Of a stretch of DNA of 64,000 nucleotides, positions 23,801 through 37,929 are shown in pieces. The DNA comes from Lama glama (lineage: Eukaryota): positions 99,512,001 through 99,576,000 of the forward strand of contig CM052816.1 of NCBI GenBank assembly GCA_028534125.1, read 5' to 3'. A program made the translations under genes and the position numbers. Below the pieces are notes generated by a model. That model saw only the letters and a program-made list of their open reading frames with translations. It searched no databases and had not been told where the DNA came from. The number at the start of each line of letters is the position of its first letter. Position 1 is the first letter of the stretch.

Positions 23801-26800
23801 CTCACCTTTTAATTGAATAGCTTTATTGCTTTGTAATGAGGTGACTTATGCCCTAATAGAGCCATGTCATTTCTGAGGGTAATGAATGATTGAGGGAAAA
23901 TAAACACATGTGGCCCTAATGAAACATTTTTATATCTTTCAAAAAGTTTTTTGAATGTCAAACTTCCTCAATTGCAAGGAAAAATTTGGGCTTGAAATAC
24001 ATATTTTTTGAAGTCCAACTTGACTGGGGATATTTGGAAAAAAATTTACTAAAAGTGTTCATTGATGGAATAAAACAGAAAGAATTAGACTTGCAGAGCT
24101 GGCAAAAAAAGTGCTTATTCTCACCTGCTCCAAATAGTGCTTCCCAAACATTTTGAATCTCACTTAATTCCTTCTAGCAGATACAAGAGATCTAAAAATT
24201 CAAATTTTTTTAAAGAAAAAGATGATGTCAAAATGTGACTGATGGACAACGGACATGAAGGCATCGATGATGCAAGTAAAAACAGTCTCTGAAAATGCAC
24301 GCACGTGGGATTGTCGTGTGTGGGACGCAGGGGACGACACCTCTCCCATACAGGCTGGCGTGCGCTCTGGGAGTCACTCTTCAGCATCCCTGTGAGTGCC
24401 CCGTGCACCAGTCTCTCTCAGAGCAGCCACCTCAGGACTGAATGTTCTCCCTGCGCTTAGGACTCCGAGGGCAACGCGTGGAGGGTCCTGGCAGAAGGGA
24501 TGGGTGGGCCCCTGTCTAACTTCTCCCCATCTGTCCTCTGAATTTTGGCCTTTATTGGGCTCCCTCTGAAAACCTGACTCTCACTGCCCCCTCGGCTGGA
24601 TGGAGATTCTGGAGGCTGACATCCCTTAGGGTCAGGTCGGTGCGGGACGTGGGCGCCTCATCCTGGCGGGGAGCTGAGGGGCACCAGATGAGTCCCCCGG
24701 CCTTCTCAGCCTCCAGGAGAACTGCGTCCTGTGCCAGTGTTGCTCTGTGTGGCGTCTGTTTCAAAGATCACAGCAGCATCCCCATCACCCCACCCGACTG
24801 GGAGCACCTGGGGCGGAATCCAGGCTTCCACATGAGGCGTTTGGGCCTCATTCCTTTCCTGGGCAAAGGAGAGCCTCAGTGCGCACTCAGGACCTTGATG
24901 CCGCGGCGGCTCCTTCTCAGGCCCTTGTAGGAGGTACAGGCCCTGAGCTTCCACGAAAGCAGCAAACTCAATGATTTATGTCATCTGCCACTTTCAAGAC
25001 CCCAGCCCACCCCTCATGAGCTTCAGGCCTCAGGAGCAGGGTCTTCTCACGAACTGGGGTGGGACTTGTCACAGGAAACCCAGGAACTGCTAATGATAAG
25101 ATCAGAGGAGTTTAGAAAACTCTAAACTCTGCTGAAGGACCGTCCAGGCATGCCCTCCCTAGACACAGAGGTGAGCCGGTGTGCCTCCCCCTTCCCAGGC
25201 CCAGGGAGACGGAGTGGCCGGGAGGCCCTGCCTGCCCAGTCCAGGTTTTCTTGCCTTGAATGGTGAGCTGGACAAGGCAGCTTCTGCATAAGGTCCACTC
25301 GGTCCAACCTGAGACTGGACGAGCGTATCGTGTCAGGCTTTCTGCAGAGGCAAGAGCCCCGGCCTTCCTGCTCTAGACAGCGGGGCCCCGCTGTGTCCGC
25401 TGGACGTGCGAAGTCGCCCCCCAACCAGCTGCTGTGAGAACTCACAGTCAGCTCTCGGGTCCCTGGTCCACCCGTCGAGCAGCCTACCCACGGCCCCGTC
25501 AGCTCCTTCTAAACAGGGGCTTCGCTGTGCGTCCAGACACCAGTTCCAAAGCTCAGCCACAGCCGAGCCCACAGCTTCACGGGGAAGGGTGTGCGTCTTG
25601 GGCACAAGGCAGTATTATTTCGCCCGGGGGCATTTGGAGGAGACGCGGCACTAAGCTCAGGAACTCAGTAGTGCTGCGGGGCAGGAACTTCTCCCGTGAA
25701 GACTCTGCCTCCCTGGTCGGTTTCAAGCGACCTGCGGCTTAACCACAGGCTCGCGAGCCCCTGACCCTGATCCCAGGGGCCCGGGAGCTTCTCCCACAGC
25801 CTTCCTCCCCTGCGGGCGGGGGCCGGGCCTGGTGGCCGCGCGCAGGGGGAGCACGTTGCCACAGCCATGCTCCCTCAGCTGCCAGTGACCGCCCAGACCA
25901 CTCAGGGCAGGGGGCGGGGGACCCCCAGCACTCACCAAAGGTTCCTGGCTTCAGGCTTGGGGGAAGCGGGCCAGCACTGTCCTGTGCTCACCCGGGGCGC
26001 AGCTGCACCCTCCTCCTGCGCGTCTTCTCGCCTGGCCCCGCCCACAGGAGGACGCCCAGTTCGGCAGGGCACAGGCGGGGGTCTCCTCCCCATCGGGAGG
26101 GCCGGGCGGGCAAGCTCTCGCCCCCAGGCAGAGCACACAGCAGCTGGGCCCCTCTCCTTCCATGGGAAGCGCATGCAGTCTTGCTGAGGAGGTAAACACA
26201 AACGCACAAGCTCAAGTCGGCGTTTCTTGGTTGGGGATCTAACTGGGGACCCAAGGAAGGGAGACCGAGTCCAGGCCAGCGCCTGACTGAGCTGGTTCTT
26301 GCCCACTCGCCCACCCAGTGGCTTGCGTCTGTTTCGTCTGCGTCTTCATTGTCCTCTGTAACTACACCTGTTCTCTTTTCGAAGCCACTGTTCTTTGAGA
26401 ATAAATCCTTGCACCTCGATTATCTTTTCAGACTCACTGCCCATGCAACTTAGAGTGATTTCTGGAGCCCATAATTTGTAAAATAAGGTTGAGAAAATGT
26501 TGATAAGCTGGAGCCCTTTGGAGTCTACAACAGCATTAAAATACTTCTAATTTAAAATATGCGCGAACACATCAGAATTCAGAAACGACGCGGGTCTCCG
26601 TGGTGAGAATCCTGGCGATGCTTCGGCTGATAACCTGAGGTGTGTTTGCTCATGAGATTCCCTGATGCAGATTTAATTAAAAGGAGAAATGGGACCTGTC
26701 CTCTGGCTTGTTGTATGTTTATTTGTTTGTTTGTTTTCAAAAGTGGATCATAACAGGAAGACTAGAAATATTAATTCCTGCCACTCTGATACTGGCATAC

Positions 26801-29800
26801 ACTTGGTGTCTCATCTATTAAACCAACTTTAATGGTGATTTTCAATTATCCGTAGGAATCTATGCATGTGTCTGGAGAAAACAAGTTCCTCTTTCTTATC
26901 CTTCATTTTTTATTATTATGGTTTCTTTTTCTCTTTTACCTTCTACCCTCCTGAACTCATCACTGTCATCACTCAAAATCAACATCTTAAAATATTCATT
27001 AGAAATAGTTTTTCCTGGCCCAGACGGATTTGAAAAGGAAGAAAAACATGTATTGAAATTCTCATCTGTGAGGTTGAGCTGTTGTTTCTTGAAAGAAAAT
27101 TCTTTCTTCAAAACTGGACCAACGTCTCCATACATGACGGGGCCAGTGCCACCGTACTTGGTGGGTCCTGGGACCGGGTATGCGGTGAATGTTACCTTTA
27201 CTGAGACGCTCTGCAAATCAACAAGGAAATGCACACCTTTTCCCTTCACTTCGCTCATCTTCCCAAGTCGTTACGAGCAGTGGTCAGGCTAGTTTGGAAT
27301 CACTATGCCTGTGATTTGAATCGGTTGCAAAGAATCTAATGAATCTTCATAAAATTAATCCCTGTGCCCACCCACATTGTCTTCCATGTCAGGATTGTCT
27401 AATGAGCAACCAGAGACCCTGAGAGCCAGAATCGGGAACAGCCAGCACCCGGGCGTGTGGTCCCACTTGTTTCCTCATTGCTTATGTGAGAGCCGCCTCC
27501 CTTGGTGTGCTTCTGGGAAAGGGCACAATGCCCTCGCTATTCGAACATGTCTGAAATGAAGTCGTTTGACTGTCTGTCTGAAAGCCTAGACCCCACTGGC
27601 CTTGGTTTCACCTTCCCACTGCTCTTCAGGGGCCCCGCGTTGACCAAGCACGAGGTGCCAAGGCGGGACCGCGGGCGGGCAGGCGGGTAGGCGGGCGCAC
27701 TGGGAGGGAAGGGGGAGGGGGAGTCTGTGAGGGTCCCGGACCACGAGGGGGCAGAGCTGCTTCCCGTGAGGGCTCAGACGGCCAGTCCTCAGCAGGACTT
27801 CTGGGGACAGAGGCTGGCTAAGCCATTCTGGCCGAGTGTTCTGTTTCAGCTGAAACACCCAGCGGTGGGAATGCTCACTGTTCCTTGCCGGGACACTCCC
27901 CTCGTGTGGTGACTTCTTGAGAACAGTAAGCCAGGCCATCTGCGTCCTGATATGCAAATTGTCCTTATACTGTAGCTTTTTCAGGAGGGACAAGTGATCA
28001 GCGTAGGCAGGTGGCAGCTTTTCATGTGTTATTTCCAAGCCAGATCCATTTACAGATGTCAGTAACTCTGGTCTCGACACGGAGAAGCAGCTCATCATGG
28101 GCCGCTCTCCTTGCCTGTGAGCGGAGAATGCCGTCAGCCACCCTGACGCCCCAGGACACCCCTCGCCTTATTCTCTGGCCCCCAAGGTGTCCAGGAAACA
28201 TCTGAGCTTCCGAAGCGAGGGAGTTTGCATGAGGTGTTCAGGGGACAGGGGAGGGGCCCACTGGACTGCGAGCGCCGTTGTCTTCGCACAGCGCCTGGTG
28301 ACGTTAGGAACGCCGTCGCAGCAGTAGAAAGCCCCCCGGCGGCGCAGAGGCGCGCCTGCCAGGACATCTCATTTGCCCGGCTTTACTCGATGACCCGTCT
28401 TCCCTCTGAACGGACAACGGGCGTGCAGGCCGTCCGTTGCTTCTAAGACATGAAGCAGCTCAAGCCTTTCTGCCCTTTCCTCTCTGGCCCCTGACCCCAC
28501 CCTTCCTCCCCACGAGTCCGGGAAACCCGCTTCTCCATCTAACGGTTACTGGACAAGGATGATTTTCAGTAGGAGCATAGATGTCACGTCTCCGGGACCT
28601 GCTTGCTCTCTGTCTCAGACAGGAAGCCCCTGCATCCCTCCTGACAGGTTTAACTTCCCCCTATGATTAAAGGAAAACCAGGAGGAAGCAAAGGCTGGAG
28701 GTAAACTTCAGTTTTAAGAAAGACGAGACTGAAACTGACAGTCGAGGAAGTCTGCTGCGCCGGGTCAGCCGCCAGACGCCTGGTGTTTTCCCTCAAGAAC
28801 CCAGCGGCGGAAAAATATAATGAAAGCTCTCTTTACCAGGGTGAAGAATCACAGTTTATGACAGGCAGCCCTGCTTCTGGCTGTGGGCCTTCCCCAGGAT
28901 AAACAGGAGTCAGGTCGGAGACGGTAAAGTTCAAACAAACAATGTGGAGAATGGCATTCGGTCTTTCGTTCTTCTCTTTCCCCCTCTCTCCAGCTTCCTC
29001 TGACTTCCCCTTCGTGATGTGGGCTCTCAGCCTCCCGACAGCCGGTGCCCAGGGAGGAGTGTGGTCCTGAGGGAGAGGCAGGGATACAGGGGTCTGCCCG
29101 CATCACTGCCTGCAGGCGTCTGGGACCCTCTGCAGTGTGTTTTTGCCTGGTAACTTCAGGAGACATGAAACGAAACCTACTTTCCTTAACATGAATCAGT
29201 TCGGACATCAAATTCATTTCATCTAGTCTGATACTCACCAAAGGTTTGTCATTCTGTTTTTTATTCCTTTCTCCCCCATCTCAGAAAAACACAGAGTGAA
29301 AGAAACAATGAAGATGTGAAAGTAGACCCTTATCTTTATGATTATTAATTGTCCAAGCTGTCCATGTCCTCACGACAGGAGAGAAATTGAAGGACTCACT
29401 GTGGCTCGTGTCTGCCTCGTCTCAGTGCAGCGTGTGAAGGCGCCGCTCACAGCCCGTGAGGCCCCTGCAGCTGCCAGCCCACGGTGGGCTCTTCCTGCTG
29501 ATTCGGAAACATGGAAACCTTTTTATAAGTCCTGTTTTTCCACTTGTTCCCATGAACAAGTAGACATTTTGGCAGCAAACAAAGGTAAGACTAAGATCGT
29601 AGCTATAGCTCAGCTGTAGATACAGGTGTGTGCACGTGTAGATACATAAACTAATACTATATATGTTAATACATACATCTGTTTATAAGTACTATACATT
29701 AGCAGGAAGATAGCATTTAAAGTATCAATACAGTAGGCTTAGGTGTGCCACCATATCATGTCACCAGTGTATCATGAACCATGCTGGAAATGCTATCACA

Positions 29801-31074
29801 GTCTGAATTTTTACCCTCCTTCCTTAAATGGAAATCCTGAAAAACCTCTCTAGAATGAAGCCTGGGTCAGGCACACCACTTGGGACCTTAAGATGTTCAG
29901 GAAAAGATTGAAACAAGTGACACCCTGGCCCACACCAGTCCCCAGGCTTGACATCAGCTTCTCCAACATGGGAAGGGTGCCTGGTGACATGGTCCCTGGC
30001 TTCACTCCAGCCCTGATGGCAGAGGTGTTCACCTCCCACATGGGAGAGACAGTGCAAGTCACTTTACAGATTTTCAGACATACAACCAAAGACACGTGAA
30101 ACCCACTTCCTGTACCAGTAGAAGGGATCCTATCCCCTTAAGAATAAAAAGAACAGCAGCGCAGTGCATTCTCATAATGCCCTGCTTCCATACTGTCACA
30201 ACCATAAAGCAGTTAAACATAAAGCTTGAATAATTTTCTGAAAATTTTGAGAGTCCCAAAGAATTCTGAGATTGACATGGGAGTGGGTGATTGGCACAGG
30301 TGACTATTGTAAATTCTTGCAATATTTGTCAACTATTGGTAGACTAAGTGCCCAAGTCCCCACTCAGAGCTTTTACCTCCCTGATAACGAAGAAAAACTT
30401 AATATGATATCTAATGGTTCAAAACGGGGTCTCAATTAGATGTATGTCATGTCCTTATACTTTAAACACAGGGAAATTTAGGTCAGACATCCAGTAATCA
30501 ACAGGAGTCTTCCAAAATGCAACAAAAAATATCGAATTAAAAAGGACAAAAGAAAGGGCACGTACTCCTCATCTACTGACCAAAGATTTGCACATTTTTT
30601 TTAGCTGAGGGTGGTACCATAATGCTGTGATGCTCAGAAAAAATGACACATACTAAACACAGTCAATGAATATCAGTTGTCCAGTCTTCATATGGACCAA
30701 TGAACCAAGTGCCAAATAAAGAGATTATCTTAAGATCTTGAACACGTAATTTCCTCAGGATAAAAAATGATACGTAAGGCTTAACTAATCTGAACTCAAG
30801 ATAAATATTAAAGCAAATACTGGCAACAATGGCAAAAATAAGCTTGCAATTCCCTGTTTAATTGTTTGCCTTTATGTAATATTATCATTTAGCTAAAGTG
30901 TTCAACATGTGAAGTTATTCCAAAAGCCATGGAGTGTATCTGGGACATTGGTAACAGGTGTCTATTGTAAAATTTGTTTTTAACTAGTATTTATACACAC
31001 AAAAATATGTTGTCAGTCATATACAACAGAAAGCTGATAAGGCGAACTAAAAAACTAATTTTAAAAAATCTAAA

Positions 31075-32868
31075 AAAAATTAACAAACATAAAAAATGAA
31101 AAGATATTTGTGCTCTTTGATTGGAGGAGTTAACACTGTTAAAATGGCCATACTGCCAGAAGCAATATACAGATTTAATGCAATCCCTATCAAAATAGCA
31201 TCCATGACATTTTTCACAGAACTAGAACAAACAATCCTAGCATTTATATGGAACCACAGTAGACCCTGAATTGCCAGAGCAATCTTGAGAAAAAAGAACA
31301 AATCTGGAGGTATTGCCCTCTCAAAATTCAGGTTACACTACAAAGCCATAGTAATCAAAACAGTATGGTGCTGGCACAAAAACAGACCCAGATATGCAGA
31401 GCAGAATAGACAGCTCAGACATAAACCCACTCACTTATGGTCATTAATCTACAACAAAGGAGGCAGTAATATACAATGGAGAAAAGACAGTCTCTTCAGT
31501 GAGTGGTGCTGAGAAAACTGGACAGCTGCCTGTGAAAGACTGAAATTAGGACATTCTCTATCACCATATACACAAATAAACATGAAATTGATTACAAATC
31601 TAAATGTAAGATCTGAAACCACAAAGCTCCTAGAAGAGAACATGGGCAGAACACACCTTAATGTGATTCATAGCAATATTTTTGGTCTGTCTCTTAAGTC
31701 TAAATAAATAAAAGCAAAAGTAAACAAATGGGACCTAATTAAAGAAAAGTTTTTGCACAGCAAAGGAAACCACTGACAAAATAAAAAGACAATCTACAAA
31801 CTGAGAGAAAATATTTGCAAATGATATGACTGACAAGGGGTTAATATCCAAAATATATAAACAACTCATACAGCTCAATATCAAAAAAATGAACTCAGTC
31901 AAAAATGGAGTGAAAACCTGAACAGACATTTTCCAAAAGAAGACATATAGATGGCTAAAAGGCACATGAAACATGCCTATCGCTGATTATTAAAGAATGA
32001 AAATCAAAACAGCAATGAAATATTACCTCTCACCTGTCAGAATGGCTAGCATTAAAATGTCTAAAAATAACAAATGTTGGTGAGAATGTGGAAAAAAGGA
32101 AACCCTTATATACTGTTGATGGGAATGTAAATTGTTATAGCTACTATGGAAAACAGAATGGAGGTTCCTCAAACAACTGAAAATAGAACAACTATATGAC
32201 CCAGCAATTCCACTACTGGGTATATATCCAGAACAGAACAAGAACAATAATTCAAAAAGATGCATGCACCTCAATGTTCATAGCAGCACAATTTACAACA
32301 GCTAAGATATGGAAGAAGCCCAAGTGCCCATCAACATATGACTGGATAAAGAAAATGTGGCATATATATATTCCAACATATATATATATATCACACATAC
32401 TCAACCATAAAAGAGAATGAAACCCTGCCATTTGTAGCAACATGGATGGACCTAGAGAATATTATGCTTAATGATGTAGATCAGAGAAAGACAAATACTG
32501 TTTGATATCACTTGTATAATCTAAATATAAAGCAAAGAAATGTATATTGCAAAACAGAAACAAACTCACAGATATAGAAAACAAACTAATGGTTACCAGT
32601 AGGGAGATGGAAAGGGTGAGGGGCAAGATAGGTGTATGGGGGATTAAGAGATGCAAACTAATATATATAGAATTGATAGGCCAACAGATAAGGAACAAGG
32701 CTATATTGTAGAGCACAGGGAATTATAGCCATTATTTTGTAATAACTTTTAATGGGTTATAATCTATTAAAAACACTGAATCACTATGCTGTACACCTGA
32801 AACTAATATAACATTGTAAATCAACTACACTTCAATAAAAATGAACAATTTTAATTTACAAAAAAAAA
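31075..32868 (+). mobile_element. 5'-truncated, inactive LINE-1 (3' part of ORF2 + 3' UTR + A-tail), cetartiodactyl-type
   Basis: ORF2 peptides in the ORF track (RKKNKSGGIALSKFRLHYKAIVIKTVWCWHKNR; MFIAAQFTTAKIWKKPKCPSTYDWIKKMWHIY). Disrupted CCHC region at ~32070 (NKCW*ECG...). 3' UTR 'gaatcactatgctgtacacctgaaactaat...aaatcaactacacttcaataaaaa'. Multiple stops and frameshifts. Confidence 0.96.
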
Positions 32869-33329
32869 TGGGAGGCAGTTCCAGTTTAACGAGAACCACT
32901 AGCACTGTTGGATCACTACTGCTGTTACTACAGTAAAATGAATGTTGTAAAATCCTTAGGTTTTTAAACAAATGCATGGTTGTAATCTGGTACTTAATCT
33001 GGCCACTTGTTGGCAGTCTCTCTTTTTTTTTTTTCCTAGTTGATGAAACTGTGGATTCTGGAAGAGTAGGGCAGGAGGAGAGTGCATACCCTGCTCCATT
33101 TTCTTATTAGATGATACTTGTTTGATGGGCATAAGATCAGTGTAGGGTGCAAATAAGGGGCCCTTTCTGAATTTCAAAGCCCTGGGGAGTGGTTTTAAAC
33201 TGTGCTGGAGCTCAGCCCCTTCAAGGCCTCCGTGGAAAAGGGATGACTCAGTGGTGGGACTAACTGAGCAGGATTTCGGGGCACCTGCTCTGGATCCCAT
33301 TCAGCCAAAGGCAAGACATTGCCCCCCCC

Positions 33330-33392
33330 TTTCACTCTTCTCCCTCTTCTTTTCCTCTTCTTCCTTTTCTCCCTCCTCCTCCTCCTTCTTTT
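33330..33392. repeat. Polypyrimidine (CT/CCT) low-complexity tract
   Basis: 'ctcttctccctcttcttttcctcttcttccttttctccctcctcctcctccttcttt'. Confidence 0.8.
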
Positions 33393-34259
33393 ATACTCTG
33401 ATATGTAATTCAGTATCTTTGTACTCTAACATCTTAAAACAGGTTTCAGTAACTAAAACATACATGCATACAAACAAACATCCCTAAACCCACTGTCCTA
33501 GGGCAACTGTAGGAAGAACTAGAACCACTTCAAAGCCGGAGCTTAATCTCCCTCCCTTTGCACATCGGGAACCAGTCACAGCAGCCGAGCAGCTGTGACA
33601 AGCATTTGAACGACATGAGAACCTGAGGCTGCCCCTCGGGAGAGCTGTTTTCCTCCACGCCATACAAGACGGCGTGACAGAAGAGTTCTGAAATTCTCAA
33701 AGAATCCTGGGTTTAGTTGCTGCTGGAATTCAAACTTGAGGATTCGGATATAGAGCAAAACATTTCTGGGACCCCAGCTGCCAACGTCTAGAGCCATCCT
33801 TAACATTCAGTCCCTGGGAACCCAGGACCCTGTATGGTAACTTCCACATGGGACTCTCCTAGCATATTTTTTTGAATAAATGACGCATCCTAGCTCAGAT
33901 TTCCCAAGGAAATCTCAGCATATCCAGCTCCTAAGAAAGAATAAAGCAAAAAGGAACTCTGCTAATGACTTGGGACTGGAATCGAGGCCTCAGATCTGCC
34001 TTAAGTCAGAACTGCCTTAATTCAGATACATGTCATTATCTGAATTTTCATTTCAACAGATCTTGAAAATCCTGATCAATGACTTCAAAGTCCAGCTTGA
34101 CATAGTATAATTATGATTAAAATGTTCATTTAAAACTCTGCTAATATCAATAAAGGCATGGATATTGTCAATAGGAACATTCTCCTTGAAGTAGGTAGAG
34201 GATTAAAATGAAAGTTGGACAATTTGGGCTCAACGTCTTGTTGGGACCCTCATTAGACA

Positions 34260-34340
34260 GACAACCTTAGACAGTTTGCTTACTTCTCTGGGTCTTGCTG
34301 TCATCTGTTAAATAGGGAAGAAGTACCTACTTTCAAGGCT
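34260..34340 (+). mobile_element. MIR fragment
   Basis: 'accttagacagtttgcttacttctctgggtcttgctgtcatctgttaaataggg..gtacctactttcaagg' matches the MIR core and 3' part. Confidence 0.6.
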
Positions 34341-34343
34341 TCC

Positions 34344-34432
34344 CATTCATGTGTTTACTCAACAGCATGTATTAATTGCTTCTCATTGATGGCTTTCTGT
34401 GTCCCAGGCACTTTGCTTGGCACTGTGAGACT
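34344..34432 (-). mobile_element. L2 3'-end fragment
   Basis: 'cattcatgtgtttactcaacagcatgtatt...ctgtgtcccaggcactttgcttggcactg' is the antisense L2 tail. Confidence 0.55.
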
Positions 34433-37400
34433 TAATACTGTACACAGGCACCTTGCACAGAGCCAGGATAGACACAGACCAGGAGAGGCTTCTTAAGGTC
34501 CTTGTTTAAAGATGTAGCTCTTATCTATCTTTACTGATCCTTGATGTAATGAGAAACCAAATAACTTTGATACAACATGGAAATGATATAAGCTTCTTTT
34601 AAGTAGAATTTTATCATAAGAACCTCAGATAAAGGGTTCTTCACCTTAGATTTTAATATTTCCTGACCACCTTGGGTAGCCAGCTATGCAGTAAAGAAGT
34701 CTGGATTGGTATCTGACCTAAAGGCAGACTGTTGCACATATGGTCAAATTGTCTACAAGATTTTGAATGAAATTGGTGAATATCTGGTCAACCACAGGCG
34801 TAAAGTTTAAGACCTTGAAGGGACACATCATATAAGAAATAATTTCTTGATTCATAAGCAAAGACTTCTTCAGTACCATTTATACTGTAATCACACTGGC
34901 TATTTAATCAATGTTTTATAAGTTCATATTAAAAAAAAACTGCACTCTTATTGGGCTAAGTTTGAGATCACTTTTTGGAGAGATTCTGGGTTGCTTTGGG
35001 AGCATTAGATGAAAAGTAGAAATAAAGAATTCCAAATCAGCAAAAGTGCTATTTGGGTGCCATCTCCTCACACAATGACAACATCCAAGAAGTCTGGAGT
35101 AATTGAGTTCTTTTGTTTGAATCCACCCGTGATTCATGGTCATTGCCATGGAGGAGGGCTTATCTTCAGGGTCTTTAGTTCAGAATAACGGGAGAAGCCA
35201 GGGTGCAGTCACTGCCAATGTGTCTGAATAAAGGAGAAGTTAGGGTCCAGGTGCTCACAGCCTACTGTACAAATTGCTTAGATCTTCGCTGCAGCAACCC
35301 TCAGCATCAGAAGTATGCTCATCTCTGTAGGCTTAGCCCCAAGGAAGGTAATTTTATAGCAGAGGAAACTACTGTAAACACAATAGGACAGATGAGATTG
35401 GAACCCAGGTCCTCTTAAGCACTGGCTCTGTGGCTCTGATTGATTTAACTCCCCAGCATCTTAATGCCTTCACGAGCAAAACGAACGTTGGTCACCACCC
35501 TGCAGGATGTGTAAAGCATTAAATTAAATGATGTAAAACCCACTACAGTGTCCAGCCAGAGGTCTGCGTCCTCTTTCCCCCCGTCTTCTCTAGGGCTCAG
35601 CCAGTCTGTTCTCCATAGCTGTACCTTGACTAGTCTCTTCCAGCACCTTAATGCTATTTTCTATCATCCAATGCCTGGAATTTTATTCAAAAGGAACCTT
35701 GACGATTATGTTGGGTGGTTAGAGAGACCAATAAAGTGCTTGGCAGGTGGCTGAATGCTGTGGTGAGCTAATGTCTCAAAAGTCTTACAAGGGGGTGAAA
35801 ATAATTCCCCAGAATATTCATAGTGTTTAAAATAGGCATCAGGTATAATTGGACCTGTAGAAATTTTATCTGACCCTCTGATTACACAGTTCAATTATAA
35901 ATTCTGACATCTCAATTATAAAAAGGACTTGACATTATTAAAAGTAAATTTTCCCCCCTAAATATCTACAATTTCTCTTTTTTCATTTCTTGGCAATAAA
36001 ATCTAGGTAATGAGAATGCTCTTGTTAAAAAAGGCTGGCTGGGACTATTGGATAGTAAAACTTTATTCAAACTCATTACAAAGATTTAACATAAAAGGCA
36101 TTCTATTTTAACATTTACTGAGTAGACATTTTTTGAGGGGAGGGGGACAATGACCTCTTTAGGGAAACAAAACAAACAAAAAATTAATTTCTTTTTTGTA
36201 AAGTGTGTCTAAAACAATCAAAACAAAAGGATGCCAGGATAAGACATGTCACATGCTTGGTCGAGCTATAAAAGACGGAAGCACAGGGGTCTAGAAAAGA
36301 CTTGGGGGTGGGGGGTATCTAATGTGCCATTTCACTGTCTCTGTGAGGAGATGGAGCTCCAGAGTAGGGAGACTGGCCGCAGTCCCCCAGCTGGGTGGGG
36401 GCAGAGCAGGGAGGATGACCTCTGAGGACTCGATCCTCAGTCCAGAGGTCCCCATTAATGTCCACCCACTTCCCATTGGCCAGCTTCAGATGAAAGACTT
36501 AGAGTCAACCCTATGTAAGCGACATTCCATGAAGAGGATTCTGGGCAAGATTCTGAGGGGTGGGTCCTAGAAATGGAAGAACACACACTGACTCTTCTGC
36601 CAAATAGCTCTGTCCCAAGACTTGTTTGTCCCGGTCACTGTGGTCACTCGGAGTCCACAAGGCAGCTCTTCAGAGAGGCCGCCTCAGCACTGGGTCCCTC
36701 TGTGTCCTGTCACCTTCCTCACACACCCTGCAGAGATCCGGAGCACCCGTTGCTTGGTGGTGGCACCCTGATGCTTCCTCTCCTGCTGCCATCCCACCCC
36801 AGTCCCAATCTCCACTCTCCCCCAACATGGTGCTTGCCCCACAAATGATCTGGGAACTTGTCAAGGACAGGTTGCTTCCTGGATTATCCCACAGTGCAAG
36901 GCTCTTTCACATGAGGAAATGCTGTCTCTGAAGTGTGAAAATAGCTGCAAATCAAAGGCTAATTCACTTTCAGGTTTCAGGTCATGCGGTGATTGGCCCG
37001 TCTAGGAGCGCATGCAGAGCTCTCCAGAATTAGACCCTCGGGCCGCCAAGGGACGCCTTCTTTCGAAGCTGGATGTGTTCATCCTCACCAGACACTGTCA
37101 TTTGTTGAGTTCATCCAGTGACGGATCCAAACACCATCAAACTCAGCTTTATCTTTTTTCCTCAATGAAAAAGTGCACAACTGAGTCAACTTCCCTATGC
37201 AAACACTTTTTTTTCGAATTATAACACAAGATGATCTTTTCCTTTGGATTTCACTTTGCAGAAGTTTACAAGTCTTTCGCACCCACTCTGTATTTAGAAA
37301 GAGCCTTTGGAAGGTTCTGCATTTAGAAGAGTGAAACCCAACAGCGAGATCTGCGTGTTAGACTCCCTTTCTGTGGCCCATTTGGTGACAGCCTAGTGGC

Positions 37401-37544
37401 CAGAGCGGCTTCATGGACACTGACAGCAGCGTTCCCCACGTTGGGGCCCTTGCGTCGCGTTACCACGACTGGCTGACAGCTCAGCACCTTTCCCTGCTGC
37501 ATGCACAAGGGCTTGGCTTTGTTGTTGTCGTTGTGTTAATACTG

Positions 37545-37620
37545 CAGCTGGCCCTCGAACCCCGTGGGGTTGAACTGCGTGAATCTACTTGCACGTGCAT
37601 TTATTTTTTCAATAGCAAAT
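37545..37620 (+). mobile_element. Tigger2-like (TcMar) terminal fragment
   Basis: 'cagctggccctcgaaccccgtggggttgaactgcgtgaatctacttgcacgtgcatttattttttcaata' versus the recalled Tigger2 left end CAGTTGACCCTTGAACAACACGGGTTTGAACTGCG.GGGTCCACTTATACGCGGATTTTTTTCAATA. Confidence 0.7.
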
Positions 37621-37929
37621 TCTCCAGTGCAGAATAAGAAAATCAATGCAATCTGTGATTCACACGGAGGTGACACTATTCTGGAAAAGTAAACTTTAAA
37701 GCTTGTATTTCTAGACTAGGCTTTCTGACTGGTTTCTGTGGAATGAGATAAGGCGTTTGCATAGGAATGGGCCACTGGGTAAACTTCCACGCCACAGTTG
37801 GGCGGCGTGTATTTAAAACAGACACAGAGGGGAGGGACGTCCCTGAGTGCGCCCTTCCTCAGAGCTGCTCTCTAAGGTCAGCAGCCCCAGTTTCCAACAG
37901 AGAAATCAGTCTTATGTGTGGTCCTCCTC

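Noticed and set aside
26896..27292. Protein-looking 120/124-aa ORFs on both strands
   Set aside because: No family I recognise and no convincing paired splice sites; not supportable as CDS.
31075..32420. L1 ORF2 as a functional or domesticated gene
   Set aside because: 5'-truncated, fragmented by stops and frameshifts, CCHC motif broken.
36418..36451. Bulged hairpin gacctctgagga...tcctca..cagaggtc (similar weak one at 12293-12344)
   Set aside because: Too short and imperfect for a pre-miRNA call; no known mature sequence recognised.
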